A stretch of DNA of 37,325 nucleotides, taken from assembly GCA_046497085.1 (NCBI GenBank), contig JAWOGG010000191.1, positions 1 to 37,325 of the forward strand. The letters run 5' to 3'. The position numbers were made by a program, and so were the translations under genes. Position 1 is the stretch's first letter. The number at the start of each line of letters is the position of its first letter. This document shows, one piece after another, positions 26,911 to 36,732 of the stretch. The notes under the pieces are model-generated. The model was not told the origin of the DNA. It saw only the letters and a program-made list of their open reading frames with translations, and ran no database searches. This DNA is from Orrella sp. GTDB taxonomy: Bacteria > Pseudomonadota > Gammaproteobacteria > Burkholderiales > Burkholderiaceae_B.

Positions 26911-28101
26911 ATGGACTTGACTTGGACTGATCACGAGGCGGCCTTTCGCGAAGAGGTGCGTAGTTTCACTGAGAAAAACTTGCCGGCCGACATCCGCGAC
27001 AAACAGATGCATCACCAGCGTCTTGCCAAAGACGACTACATTCGCTGGCATCGTACTTTGGCTAATCATGGTTGGGGTGCACCCCCTTGGCCTAAAGAGT
27101 ATGGCGGCACCGGTTGGAATGCGGTTGAGCGGCTTATTTTCGAAATTGAAACATTCAAAGCGGGTGCTCCCCGCTTATTGTCATTTGGATTGAGCATGAT
27201 TGGCCCCGTGCTGATGAAGTTTGGTAACCAAAAGCAAAAAGACTACTACTTGCCACGCATTATCAATGTTGACGATTGGTGGTGCCAGGGATACTCAGAG
27301 CCAGGCTCGGGTTCAGATTTGGCATCGCTTAAAACCCGTGCTGAACGTCAAGGTGACAAGTACATCATCAACGGCCAAAAAACGTGGACAACATTGGGTC
27401 ATCACGCCGATTGGATGTTCTGTTTGGCCCGAACCGATCCCTCAGTCAAAGCACAACGCGGGATTTCAATGGTGCTCATTGATTTGCGCCAGCCTGGCGT
27501 GACCGTACGGCCAATCAAAACACTGGACGGTGGTGCTGAAGTCAACGAGGTGTGGCTAGAAAACGTTGAAGCGCCACTAGAGAACTTGGTTGGCGAAGAA
27601 AACGATGGCTGGACCTACGCCAAATACTTGTTGGGACACGAGAGAACCGGAATTGCCGGTATCGGGCATTGCCATCGTGAGCTCGCGATTTTGAAGCGCA
27701 TGGCTGATGAGGCGATGGCGGGACAAGAATCCTTGAGCCTGGATTCACGCACTATGGATGACATCAATCAGATTGAGGCTCAGGTGTTGGCCTTAGAAAT
27801 GTTGTTGTTGCGAGTGGCAGCAGACAGCACGGCGGGGCCTGGTCCACAGGCGTCAATTCTAAAAATCCGTGGATCTGAGCTGCAGCAGGAATTGGCGCGA
27901 TTACAAATGCAAGTCGCAGGTCCCGAGGCTTGGGCCTATGACCCGGCATGGATGCGCGCTGAAAGTGAGTTTCACGGCCCGGGTGGTGAGTTTGATGTGG
28001 GTGCTGCAGCCACTTACTTCGATATGCGCAAGACAACCATCTATGGCGGCACCAACGAGATCCAAAAAGGCATCATCACCAAACAGATCATCGGTGTGTA
28101 A
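26911..28101 (+). CDS. Acyl-CoA dehydrogenase, PimC-like large subunit
   Basis: WCQGYSEPGSGSDLASL, INGQKTWT, LGHER, TTIYGGTNEIQK; AGGAG RBS. Confidence 0.9.
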   Translation: MDLTWTDHEAAFREEVRSFTEKNLPADIRDKQMHHQRLAKDDYIRWHRTLANHGWGAPPWPKEYGGTGWNAVERLIFEIETFKAGAPRLLSFGLSMIGPVLMKFGNQKQKDYYLPRIINVDDWWCQGYSEPGSGSDLASLKTRAERQGDKYIINGQKTWTTLGHHADWMFCLARTDPSVKAQRGISMVLIDLRQPGVTVRPIKTLDGGAEVNEVWLENVEAPLENLVGEENDGWTYAKYLLGHERTGIAGIGHCHRELAILKRMADEAMAGQESLSLDSRTMDDINQIEAQVLALEMLLLRVAADSTAGPGPQASILKIRGSELQQELARLQMQVAGPEAWAYDPAWMRAESEFHGPGGEFDVGAAATYFDMRKTTIYGGTNEIQKGIITKQIIGV

Positions 28102-28145
28102 CGTCAGCCTGTCATCGCAGTCATTACTGGTATTGGAAAAAGATC

Positions 28146-29258
28146 ATGGATTTTGCATATTCAGAAGAACAAAGAATGTTGACCGACAGCTTGCGTCGCG
28201 TCATGGACGAAGGTTGGACATTTAAAAAACGCCGCGCGCGCGGCGTCGAATTCGATAAGGCGGCTTGGGCTAGTTTGGCCGAACTCGGTGTCACCGGTCT
28301 GATGGTTCCTGAGGCCTACGGTGGTTTTGGTGAAAGCACAGCAACGATGTTGGCCGTCCACAAAGAGCTTGGCCGCGGCATCGTCAGTGAACCGGTGATT
28401 CCAAGTGCGGTCATGGCCACAACGATGTTGTCTGACATCGAAAACGAAACATTGAAAACGCAATGGCTGTCATTGCTCGCCGAAGGTGAAGCGATTGTGT
28501 CCGTGGCTTGGCAAGAGGAGGGTGAACGGTTCTCGTCAACGCCATTGCTGACGCAAGCGGTTGTTAAGAACGGTGGGTATGAGCTCACAGGGCGTAAGCG
28601 ACATGTGTGGCATGCGGCTGGCTCGAATGCATTGATTGTTTCTGCCTTGTTGGAAGGCGAAATGGCGCTCTTTTTGGTGCCTTCTGAGGCGACGGGTGTA
28701 TCCATGCAGGATTACCCAACATTTGACTTGTCTCGTTGTGCAACTGTGACCTTTGAAAAAGTTTTGCTAGATGAATCAGCGCTCCTGGCGCGTGGTGAAT
28801 CTGCGCGTGCGATTTTTGAGCGGGGTCTGGACTACGGCGTAACAGCCTTGTGTGCCCACGCTTGTGGTGCCATGCAGTATTTGATCGAAGTCACAACCAA
28901 TTACCTCAAAACTCGCAAACAGTTTGGTCAACCTCTGATCAATTTTCAGGTGTTACAGCACCGCGTGGCCGATATGCTCATTCAACAGGAAATGGCCGTT
29001 TCACATGCGTACGTGGCTGCCGTTTCTTTGGCCGAAGATCCTGCCCCGTTGCGTGGTAAGCGTGTCTCGATGGTCAAGACAGAGGTTGCTGCTGCCGCTC
29101 GCTTTGTGGGCGAACAAGCGGTGCATCTGCATGGCGGTATGGGTGTGACCGATGAGCTAGAAGTCGGTGACTACTTTAAGCGATTGACCTATGTTGGCTT
29201 GCTGCTAGGTGATAACAACTATCACCTGCAGCGCGCGCAAGCGTTGATGGCTGCGTGA
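28146..29258 (+). CDS. Acyl-CoA dehydrogenase, PimD-like small subunit
   Basis: MDFAYSEEQRML, YLKTRKQFGQPL..FQVLQHR.ADM, HLHGGMGVTDE..VGDYFKR; degenerate N-terminal FAD motif. Confidence 0.88.
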   Translation: MDFAYSEEQRMLTDSLRRVMDEGWTFKKRRARGVEFDKAAWASLAELGVTGLMVPEAYGGFGESTATMLAVHKELGRGIVSEPVIPSAVMATTMLSDIENETLKTQWLSLLAEGEAIVSVAWQEEGERFSSTPLLTQAVVKNGGYELTGRKRHVWHAAGSNALIVSALLEGEMALFLVPSEATGVSMQDYPTFDLSRCATVTFEKVLLDESALLARGESARAIFERGLDYGVTALCAHACGAMQYLIEVTTNYLKTRKQFGQPLINFQVLQHRVADMLIQQEMAVSHAYVAAVSLAEDPAPLRGKRVSMVKTEVAAAARFVGEQAVHLHGGMGVTDELEVGDYFKRLTYVGLLLGDNNYHLQRAQALMAA

Positions 29259-29270
29259 GGAAAATCTTCA

Positions 29271-30101
29271 ATGAGTGATGTTTCTTTAGACGATTGGATT
29301 GGCCGTTCACAAACAACGGTAGACGCCATTGACGTTGGGCACACTGCCCGTTTGGCCGCTACCTTAGGTGTGGCGGCGCCGAGTAAGGGTGAATCCTTGC
29401 CCGAACTTTGGCATTGGTGCTTCTTTCTTGAAGCCGTGGGTATGGATGCGCTTGGCAGCGATGGCCATCCGGCGCGGGGTGGATTTCTGCCGCCTGCTGA
29501 GGGTCGCAATCGCATGTGGGCGGGTGGTCGTGTGTATTTTGATGGGCGATTACTCGTTGGTGTTGAGGCCCAGAAAACCTCAACCGTGACCAACATCACA
29601 GAAAAGCAAGGCAAAACCGGTTCTTTATTGTTTGTCACGGTGGCGCATGATGTGTTTCAAAATGGTGAGAGAGTGATCCGCGAAGAGCAAGATATTGTTT
29701 ATCGCGTACCCAGTCCACCTAAGCTCGAGGGCACAGAACCGGCACCTGAGGCTGAGTGGCAAATGCCAGTCGAACCGTCTTCAACCTTGCTGTTTCGGTA
29801 TTCTGCGTTGACTTTTAATGGGCACCGTATTCATTATGATTTCCCTTACGTGACGCAGACTGAAGGCTATCCTGGGCTCGTGGTGCATGGGCCATTGATT
29901 GCAACCACGATGGTGCAATCCTTTCGCCAGGCCCACCCAAAGTCCCGTATCGAGCACCTGGCTTACCGAGGCCTTCGCCCATTGATTTCGCCCAAGCCAT
30001 TTGTGGCTGCAGGTTCGATGGTTGAAGACGGCTTGGCTCGTCTTTGGGCAGCACAAGACAACACATTGGCGCATCAAGCAGAGTTGAGGTTTGTGGCATG
30101 A
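29271..30101 (+). CDS. Double hot-dog (MaoC-type) acyl-CoA hydratase, itaconyl-CoA/mesaconyl-C4-CoA hydratase-like
   Basis: DGHPARGGFLPP, RMWAGG, EEQDIVYR, LFRYSALTFNGHRIHYD, YPGLVVHGPL. Confidence 0.85.
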   Translation: MSDVSLDDWIGRSQTTVDAIDVGHTARLAATLGVAAPSKGESLPELWHWCFFLEAVGMDALGSDGHPARGGFLPPAEGRNRMWAGGRVYFDGRLLVGVEAQKTSTVTNITEKQGKTGSLLFVTVAHDVFQNGERVIREEQDIVYRVPSPPKLEGTEPAPEAEWQMPVEPSSTLLFRYSALTFNGHRIHYDFPYVTQTEGYPGLVVHGPLIATTMVQSFRQAHPKSRIEHLAYRGLRPLISPKPFVAAGSMVEDGLARLWAAQDNTLAHQAELRFVA

Positions 30102-31288
30102 CAGAAAACATTCGGCCACTTGATGGCATCACCGTGATTAGTTTGGAGCACGCCATTGCCGCCCCTTTCTGCACACGACAGTTGGCAGACATGGGCGCGC
30201 GCGTCATCAAAGTCGAGCGCCCGAAGGTCGGTGACTTTGCCCGAGGGTATGACGAGCGTGTACGCGGGATGGCCTCACACTTTGTTTGGACCAATCGTTC
30301 CAAAGAGAGTCTGGCGCTTGATTTAAAGCACCCCGAGGCTCAAAAGGCTTTACACACCTTGCTGGAATCAGCCGATGTATTGGTGCAGAACTTAGCGCCT
30401 GGTGCCGCGGCTCGCATGGGGCTGTCTTTTGAGGCGCTGCATAAACAGTATCCAAAGCTGATTGTGTGTGACATCTCTGGTTATGGTGAGGGCGGCCCCT
30501 ACGAGAAAAAGAAAGCCTATGACCTTCTGATTCAAAGTGAGAGTGGCTTCCTGTCGGTGACTGGCTCACCTGACCAGCCTGCAAAAGCAGGTTGTTCAAT
30601 GTCAGACATTGCGGCGGGCATGTACGCATATTCGGGCATTTTGAATGCGCTCCTATTGCGAGGCAAGACGGGCGAGGGTAGCCGCGTTGACGTCTCTATG
30701 TTGGAAAGTACCGTTGAGTGGATGAGCTTTCCGATGTACTACGCCTTTGAAGGCGCTGAGCCGCCGCCGCGTGCCGGTGCGGCACACGCGACGATCTTTC
30801 CGTATGGCCCGTTCCCGGTCGGTGATGGTAATACCGTCATGTTGGGACTACAAAACGAGCGCGAATGGCTAGTCTTTTGTGAAAAGCTAATGGAGCAACC
30901 TGAGCTGGGGCAAGATCCGGCGTTCTCATCAAATTCCAAGCGAGTGGCAAATCGAGACCAATTGACGGCATTGATTGTCGAGCGGTTTAGTCAGATGACT
31001 GTTGACGAAGTGATTGAAAGACTCGAGCAAGCGCAAATTGCCAACGCGCGGGTCAATGACATGCAAGCCGTTTGGGCACACCCTCAACTCGCGGCGCGTC
31101 AACGTTGGTCAGAGGTCAATAGCCCAGTGGGCAAGTTGCCTGCACTATTACCACCAGGAACCAACTCGGCCTTCGATGCGCAGATGGCGGCCATTCCCGC
31201 ATTGGGTGAGCACACTCAAAAAATTCTAGGGGAATTGGGCTTGTCTGAAGCCCAGATCAACGAGCTGTCAAACGCTGGGGCGATTTAA
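30098..31288 (+). CDS. Family III CoA-transferase, itaconate CoA-transferase-like
   Basis: Start reassigned to the ATG at 30098 (ATGA overlap with the hydratase): RPLDGITVISLEHAIAAPFCTRQLAD, HFVWTNRSKES, KKAYDLLIQ, SDIAAG. Confidence 0.87.
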   Translation: MTENIRPLDGITVISLEHAIAAPFCTRQLADMGARVIKVERPKVGDFARGYDERVRGMASHFVWTNRSKESLALDLKHPEAQKALHTLLESADVLVQNLAPGAAARMGLSFEALHKQYPKLIVCDISGYGEGGPYEKKKAYDLLIQSESGFLSVTGSPDQPAKAGCSMSDIAAGMYAYSGILNALLLRGKTGEGSRVDVSMLESTVEWMSFPMYYAFEGAEPPPRAGAAHATIFPYGPFPVGDGNTVMLGLQNEREWLVFCEKLMEQPELGQDPAFSSNSKRVANRDQLTALIVERFSQMTVDEVIERLEQAQIANARVNDMQAVWAHPQLAARQRWSEVNSPVGKLPALLPPGTNSAFDAQMAAIPALGEHTQKILGELGLSEAQINELSNAGAI

Positions 31289-31775
31289 CCCAGCCCTCAG
31301 CAAGTGATTCGCATTGTTGGTCTGCACAGCGGGCCAACAATGCCTCTAAAGACTGGCCTTGTAAGGGTCGACTATCAGCGAGCTGCGCCAACGGACGCAA
31401 AACGAAAGCGCGTTGCATCATCCTAGGATGAGGCAGGATTAAGGTTGGCGTTGTCACGGTGATACCGTCGTACCACAGCAAATCTAGATCTAACGTACGC
31501 GGTGCGTTACGTATGCTTCTTACTCTACCGTGCCCAAGTTCTATCTGTTGTAGTGCAGATAATAGATTCAAGGGCGCCAACGTCGTGCTTATCCTCGCGA
31601 CAGCGTTGATGTAGTGGGGGCCGGGGGCGTCAAGTGGTGCCGACCCAAAAAACGCAGAGCAGTCACACTTGTGCACACCCTGGCGTTGGTCGATCTCATC
31701 GAGCGCATCGCGTATGGTCTGAACAGCATCACCTAAGTTGGCACCCAAACCAATATAAGCGGTGGCATTAGCCAT
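31257..31775 (-). CDS. folK: 2-amino-4-hydroxy-6-hydroxymethyldihydropteridine diphosphokinase
   Basis: Start reassigned to the ATG at 31775: MANATAYIGLGANLG; YINAV, RNAPRTLDLDLL, LPHPRM..RAFVL.PL. Confidence 0.95.
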   Translation of the reverse strand: MANATAYIGLGANLGDAVQTIRDALDEIDQRQGVHKCDCSAFFGSAPLDAPGPHYINAVARISTTLAPLNLLSALQQIELGHGRVRSIRNAPRTLDLDLLWYDGITVTTPTLILPHPRMMQRAFVLRPLAQLADSRPLQGQSLEALLARCADQQCESLAEGWVKSPQRLTAR

Positions 31776-33144
31776 TGCTGTTTTGGGTGTTGACTGGATT
31801 GGGGGTGCTATCGGCCGGTTTGCGACGGCGTGGACGGCGGCGGCGTTTGGTCCCCGTGCCAGGCTCTTTGGGCTCATCTGCGAGCGCCAAAATCATGGCA
31901 CTACGTGTTTCATCATTGGCGTCAGCTAAGTCCATCCACCATTGCGCCAAAATACTATCAACCTCAGAGCATGCGGCTCGCATTTGCATGAAGTCGACCG
32001 CTGCTCTAAAGCGCGGTTGCTCAAACAATCGGTAAATGGCGCGCGGCACACGCCGTTCAAAGCGGGGTTGCATGAACCAGATGTCGCGCATGTCAGAACT
32101 GAAGCGACGGTTGATGGCGAGCTTCTCAGTTTGAGCATCCAATACTTGATCGGCGGCTTGAACCAGGGCAGGTATGCGAACCTCGCCATCAGCGCACAGG
32201 CGTTGCCATTGGCTACGGACTTGCGGCCAAAGTAAGGCAGCAAATAAAAAGCTTGGGCTCACTGATTTGCCAAGTCGAATGCGTTTGTCTGTGCGTTCGA
32301 GCGCGAGTTCAATAAAGGCCTGGCCTTCAGGATCTTCCAAAATGACGTCTAACAGTGGCAACAATCCTGAGTGCAGTCCGTAAGTGCGCAACTGTTTGAC
32401 GCATGCCATGGCTTGACCACAGGTCAGCAGTTTGAGCATTTCGTCAAACACTCGGGCAGCGGGCACATTGCTCAAGAGATCGGCTAATTGAGCGATAGGC
32501 GCTTGGGTGGCTTTCTCGATTTGGCCATTGAGCTTAACGGCAAAACGAACAGCACGCAGCATGCGAACAGGATCTTCACGGTAACGAGTCTCAGGATCGC
32601 CAATCATTCGTACGATCCGTTTGTTCAGGTCTGGCACCCCCCCATGAAAATCGATCACGGTCTCGGTGACTGGGTCGTAATAAAGCGCGTTGATGGTGAG
32701 GTCACGGCGTTCGGCGTCTTGCTTTTGCGAGCCGAAGACGTTGTCGCGCAGAATCCGGCCGTGGTCATCGGTCATGTGACCATCTGAGGCGGGTGCTCGA
32801 AACGTTGATGTTTCGATGATCTCTTGCCCAAAAACCACATGCACCAATTGGAAACGTCGTCCGATGATGCGCGCACGACGAAACAAAGGCCTGATTTGTT
32901 CTGGGGTGGCATTGGTTGCCACATCAAAGTCTTTGGGCTCTAAGCCAATGATGAGGTCGCGCACAGCGCCACCCACAATGTAGGCGTCAAACCCTTTTTG
33001 TTGCAGCACTTCGCAGACTTTGATGGCATGGCGCGACACCAATCGTCGGTCTATGCGGTGTTGGTCGCGTTCAAAACGTACGGCTTGCCCGGGTTTGGGC
33101 TTGACCAGTCGGCTGACCAGTCCTTTGATAGTGTTTGCCAGCAT
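31768..33144 (-). CDS. pcnB: Poly(A) polymerase I
   Basis: Start reassigned to the ATG at 33144 (TGATG coupling); VGGAVRD...KDFDVAT, PAP signature IIGRRFQLVHV, RRDLTINAL, EDPVRMLRA, Arg-rich tail. Confidence 0.95.
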   Translation of the reverse strand: MLANTIKGLVSRLVKPKPGQAVRFERDQHRIDRRLVSRHAIKVCEVLQQKGFDAYIVGGAVRDLIIGLEPKDFDVATNATPEQIRPLFRRARIIGRRFQLVHVVFGQEIIETSTFRAPASDGHMTDDHGRILRDNVFGSQKQDAERRDLTINALYYDPVTETVIDFHGGVPDLNKRIVRMIGDPETRYREDPVRMLRAVRFAVKLNGQIEKATQAPIAQLADLLSNVPAARVFDEMLKLLTCGQAMACVKQLRTYGLHSGLLPLLDVILEDPEGQAFIELALERTDKRIRLGKSVSPSFLFAALLWPQVRSQWQRLCADGEVRIPALVQAADQVLDAQTEKLAINRRFSSDMRDIWFMQPRFERRVPRAIYRLFEQPRFRAAVDFMQMRAACSEVDSILAQWWMDLADANDETRSAMILALADEPKEPGTGTKRRRRPRRRKPADSTPNPVNTQNSNG

Positions 33145-33848
33145 CAGGATTTTTGATCCAAAGATTGGCCGAAGAGATCTAAGATCGGCCATTGACGGGT
33201 TTGCGCTATGGCACGCAGATCGGGGCTTGGATTGGTGACAATCGGATGGGTTACTGTTTCCAAGAGTGGCAGATCATTGATAGAGTCGCTGTAGAAATGA
33301 CTTTGCTCGAAGTCGTCTAGCTGTCGGCCCATCCCTTTTAGCCAGTCGTTAACCCGTATCACTTTGCCCTCTTTAAAACTGGGTGTCCCTGCGATTCGAC
33401 CTGTGTAGCGACCCGCATGGTATTGCGGGTCGGTTGCAATCAAGTGCTCAATGCCAAACGCGCGCGCGATCGGTGCGGTAACAAATGCATTGGTTGCCGT
33501 GACGATGGCACACAGATCGCCGGCATTTAGGTGCTGGTTCACGAGCTCAACTGCCTTGGGCGTGAACTGCGGTCGGATCACTTCTTGCATGAATTGTTCA
33601 TGCCACTCGGCGAGTTCGTGCGGTGGGTGCGCGGCCAATAAGCCAAGCATGAATTCAGCGGCTTGCTCAGCGGTTAAGTCGCCGCTGTTATAGCGAGCCA
33701 TCAATTCATTGTTGCGGGCGCGCGCAACCTGCGGATCACCGGCGCGACCAGTGCGCGCTAAGAAGTCGGCCCATTGATAATCGCTGTCTAGCGGCAATAG
33801 CGTGTGGTCTAAATCGAAGAGGGCAAGACGGGTGGCATTTCTGGACAT
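33144..33848 (-). CDS. HAD-superfamily subfamily IB hydrolase (SerB-like / histidinol-phosphatase-like)
   Basis: LFDLDHTL, VTATN, GKV, YSDSINDLPLL; conserved position between hda and pcnB. Confidence 0.88.
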   Translation of the reverse strand: MSRNATRLALFDLDHTLLPLDSDYQWADFLARTGRAGDPQVARARNNELMARYNSGDLTAEQAAEFMLGLLAAHPPHELAEWHEQFMQEVIRPQFTPKAVELVNQHLNAGDLCAIVTATNAFVTAPIARAFGIEHLIATDPQYHAGRYTGRIAGTPSFKEGKVIRVNDWLKGMGRQLDDFEQSHFYSDSINDLPLLETVTHPIVTNPSPDLRAIAQTRQWPILDLFGQSLDQKS

Positions 33849-33861
33849 AGGCGGAGATTAC

Positions 33862-34596
33862 TCAATCTTTCTCAAAAGGAGGGGCTAACTCGGGTCGGTC
33901 AGACTCTGGCAAATGAGTCTCACGTTGGGCGAGCAGTGACTTTAACAACGGCAACGTTAACGGTCGATGCTGAGCAAGCGCATATTTGTCTAGCGCATCT
34001 AACCAGCCAAACAGCGTCCGGGTATCGCGCGACCCATGAACTAGCAGCCATCGCACCACGTCCTCTGACAAAGGCATACCGCGTTCGTGCGCATGTGACA
34101 TTAAAGCCGCAAACTTTTCCGAATCAGACAAAGCCATCAGTCGATAGACCATACCCCAACCCAATCGCGTTCTCAGGTCCTCGCGCCATTGCATTTGAAG
34201 TGGCGCGCAATGACCGGCTACGATCAAGCGGAAAGCCCGTGTGTCTGAGGCATCTTCACGCCACCGATTGTACAGTCGGAAGAGCAAAGCCAAGCCGTCT
34301 GGCGCTAGATTTTGGGTGTCGTCAATGGCAACGCAAGGCGGCATTGCGCCATCTTGTTCTAACCTATCCTGAATCGAGCCGAACTGATCGCTTGTTAAGT
34401 AGATGCCATGATGGTGATGGGCTGCAGCCTTTAATAAGTGGCTGCGGCCGCTGCCGGGGGAGCCCCAAATATAAAGCGTTTGACCAAGCGCCAGGGTCTT
34501 TGCAGCTGTGATGACAGCGGCATTTTCGCCGACGACCATATTGGCCAAGGTGGGCGCGGGAGGCGGCAATATATCGAGGATGAGCTGTTGGGCCAT
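33862..34596 (-). CDS. hda: DnaA regulatory inactivator Hda
   Basis: N-terminal clamp motif QQLILDI, degenerate Walker A GSPGSGRSHL, REDLRTRLGWG, RPLTLPLL; divergent from purM. Confidence 0.9.
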   Translation of the reverse strand: MAQQLILDILPPPAPTLANMVVGENAAVITAAKTLALGQTLYIWGSPGSGRSHLLKAAAHHHHGIYLTSDQFGSIQDRLEQDGAMPPCVAIDDTQNLAPDGLALLFRLYNRWREDASDTRAFRLIVAGHCAPLQMQWREDLRTRLGWGMVYRLMALSDSEKFAALMSHAHERGMPLSEDVVRWLLVHGSRDTRTLFGWLDALDKYALAQHRPLTLPLLKSLLAQRETHLPESDRPELAPPFEKD

Positions 34597-34712
34597 GCAC
34601 TCGTCGTAAAATGACGGTTAGATGATCTAAAACCATGCCATTGTCACACATTGCAAGCGCTGTGATGATTTGATGATGGCGAATCTCCTTTTGACTGACT
34701 TGGCGTATTCCC

Positions 34713-35759
34713 ATGAGCAAATCGCAATCTCCCCTAACTTACCGTGACGCAGGCGTGGACATTGACGCGGGTGAGGCGTTGGTGGACCGAATCAAGCCGC
34801 TCGCGGCCAAGACCATGCGTGAAGGCGTTATGGCCAGTATTGGTGGGTTTGGGGCGTTATTTGAGGTGCCTAAGCGGTATCGTGAGCCGGTACTGGTATC
34901 CGGCACAGACGGTGTCGGCACAAAACTGCGATTGGCCTTTGAGTGGCAACGTCACGACACCGTGGGCATCGACTTAGTGGGCATGAGTGTCAATGACATC
35001 TTGGTGCAGGGTGCCGAACCTTTGTTTTTTCTAGACTATTTCGCTTGCGGTCGTTTGTCGGTCGATGTTGCCGCTCAGGTGGTGGGCGGTATCGCGAAAG
35101 GCTGTGAGTTGGCCGGCTGCGCACTTATCGGCGGTGAAACGGCTGAAATGCCTGGCATGTATCCCGACGGTGAATATGACTTGGCTGGGTTCGCAGTGGG
35201 TGCGGCAGAAAAGTCAGCACTCATTGATGGACGCAGCATCGAAGCGGGTGATCGTGTACTGGGATTAGCATCAAGTGGTGCCCATTCAAATGGCTATTCG
35301 CTGTTGAGAAAAGTGTTGAGTAGAACCGGCGCTAAACCTGAAGACGCATTTGAGGGTCAGGTTTTGGGTGATGTGGTGATGGCGCCAACACGTATCTACG
35401 TCAAACCGATTTTGGCGGCACTTGCGCAATTTGGACCCTCAATCAAAGGTTTGGCACACATTACGGGTGGTGGATTGCTCGACAACGTGCCTAGAATTTT
35501 GCAGCCTGGACTGCAAGCCCGTCTTGAAGCTAGCGCTTGGACGCTACCCCCGCTCTTTGAATGGCTCAAAGAAGAAGGGGACATTGAAAGCCAAGAAATG
35601 TACCGGGTGTTTAACTGTGGCATTGGCATGGTGCTGGTGGTTCCAGCGTCTGAAGCGACTGCCGTCACAGAGCACCTAACCCAAGCAGGTGAGATGGTCT
35701 ACGACTTGGGTGAAATTGCCGCTTGCGCGACTGATGATGTTCAAACCATCGTCGCTTAA
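34713..35759 (+). CDS. purM: Phosphoribosylformylglycinamidine cyclo-ligase (AIR synthetase)
   Basis: [44 protein letters not shown]. Confidence 0.98.
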   Translation: MSKSQSPLTYRDAGVDIDAGEALVDRIKPLAAKTMREGVMASIGGFGALFEVPKRYREPVLVSGTDGVGTKLRLAFEWQRHDTVGIDLVGMSVNDILVQGAEPLFFLDYFACGRLSVDVAAQVVGGIAKGCELAGCALIGGETAEMPGMYPDGEYDLAGFAVGAAEKSALIDGRSIEAGDRVLGLASSGAHSNGYSLLRKVLSRTGAKPEDAFEGQVLGDVVMAPTRIYVKPILAALAQFGPSIKGLAHITGGGLLDNVPRILQPGLQARLEASAWTLPPLFEWLKEEGDIESQEMYRVFNCGIGMVLVVPASEATAVTEHLTQAGEMVYDLGEIAACATDDVQTIVA

Positions 35760-35790
35760 ATGCGTGGATGAATGGGTGATCCGTGGATGA

Positions 35791-36732
35791 CTAAGTGTGC
35801 GGATGCGTCATCGCAATTGCTAGGCGTTTGACTTGGTCGCTGGCGTCAGACGCCAAACAATCAACGACGTGTCGTTCAGTCATGCCACGTAGCCAAGTCA
35901 GTTGGCGTTTGGCCAACTGACGAGTCGCGGCGATAGCCTTTTCGCGGGCGTTTGCGAGGCTGTCGCGGCCCTGTAAGTAGTCCCACATCTGGCGATAGCC
36001 CACGCACCTGATCGACGGCAAGTCGGGGCTTAGGTCCCCGCGCGCCAGCAAAGTGCGCACTTCATTTTCTAGCCCTTGCTCAAGCATGAGATCAAAACGC
36101 TGGGCGATGCGCTCATGTAAAACCTGACGATCGCTGGGTTCAAGGCTAATGAGATGTAACGCCTGTTGGCTGGTTCGGTTGGGATCAAAAAAAGTGGATA
36201 AGGCCTGGCCACTGCTTTGATAGACCTCTAAGGCCCGCCCAATCCGCTGACTGTCATTGGGAGCGAGTCGTTGCGCAGTTTCGGGGTCGATGAGGGCTAA
36301 CTTGGCATGCATGGCGGGCCAGCCAAGTGCCTGTCCTTGTGCTTGAATATCAGCCCTAATCTCGGGCGAAGCGCTTGGAAGGTCGTCTAAGCCGTCTCTG
36401 AGCACTTTGAAGTAGAGCATGGTGCCGCCAACTAAGAGAGGCGTGTTACCCCGTTGTCTGATCTCGTCGATGCAGCGCCTGGCGTCGACTAAAAACTGAG
36501 CGGCTGAGTAAGCATGGGCTGGATCAAGAATGTCGAGTAGATGATGGGGCACCGTTTTACGTGTTTGAGCGTCCGGCTTGGCGGTGCCGATATCCATGCC
36601 CCGATAGATTGTTGCAGAGTCGACGTTGATGATTTCAACAGGCAGTGCCTGTGCCAACGCCATGCTGGCGGCGCTCTTGCCGCTTGCGGTTGGGCCGGCT
36701 AGGCACAGCAGGGGTGCGGCTGACTGCATCAT
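35791..36732 (-). CDS. miaA: tRNA (adenosine37-N6) dimethylallyltransferase
   Basis: [48 protein letters not shown]. Confidence 0.97.
   Translation of the reverse strand: MMQSAAPLLCLAGPTASGKSAASMALAQALPVEIINVDSATIYRGMDIGTAKPDAQTRKTVPHHLLDILDPAHAYSAAQFLVDARRCIDEIRQRGNTPLLVGGTMLYFKVLRDGLDDLPSASPEIRADIQAQGQALGWPAMHAKLALIDPETAQRLAPNDSQRIGRALEVYQSSGQALSTFFDPNRTSQQALHLISLEPSDRQVLHERIAQRFDLMLEQGLENEVRTLLARGDLSPDLPSIRCVGYRQMWDYLQGRDSLANAREKAIAATRQLAKRQLTWLRGMTERHVVDCLASDASDQVKRLAIAMTHPHT

Noticed and set aside
33936-34511. 191-aa plus-strand ORF antisense to hda
   Set aside because: No motif or RBS; lies fully inside a conserved gene.
34644-34665. TCACA-N12-TGTGA in the hda/purM gap as a CRP/FNR site
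   Set aside because: Half-sites are in the wrong order and spacing (CRP is TGTGA-N6-TCACA).
35763-35790. CGTGGATGA direct repeat between purM and miaA as a target-site duplication
   Set aside because: Only 10 bp lie between the copies and there is no IS end or transposase; at most a small local duplication.
34713-35790. purN missing after purM
   Set aside because: To my knowledge purM unlinked from purN is common in Burkholderiales, so this is not informative.
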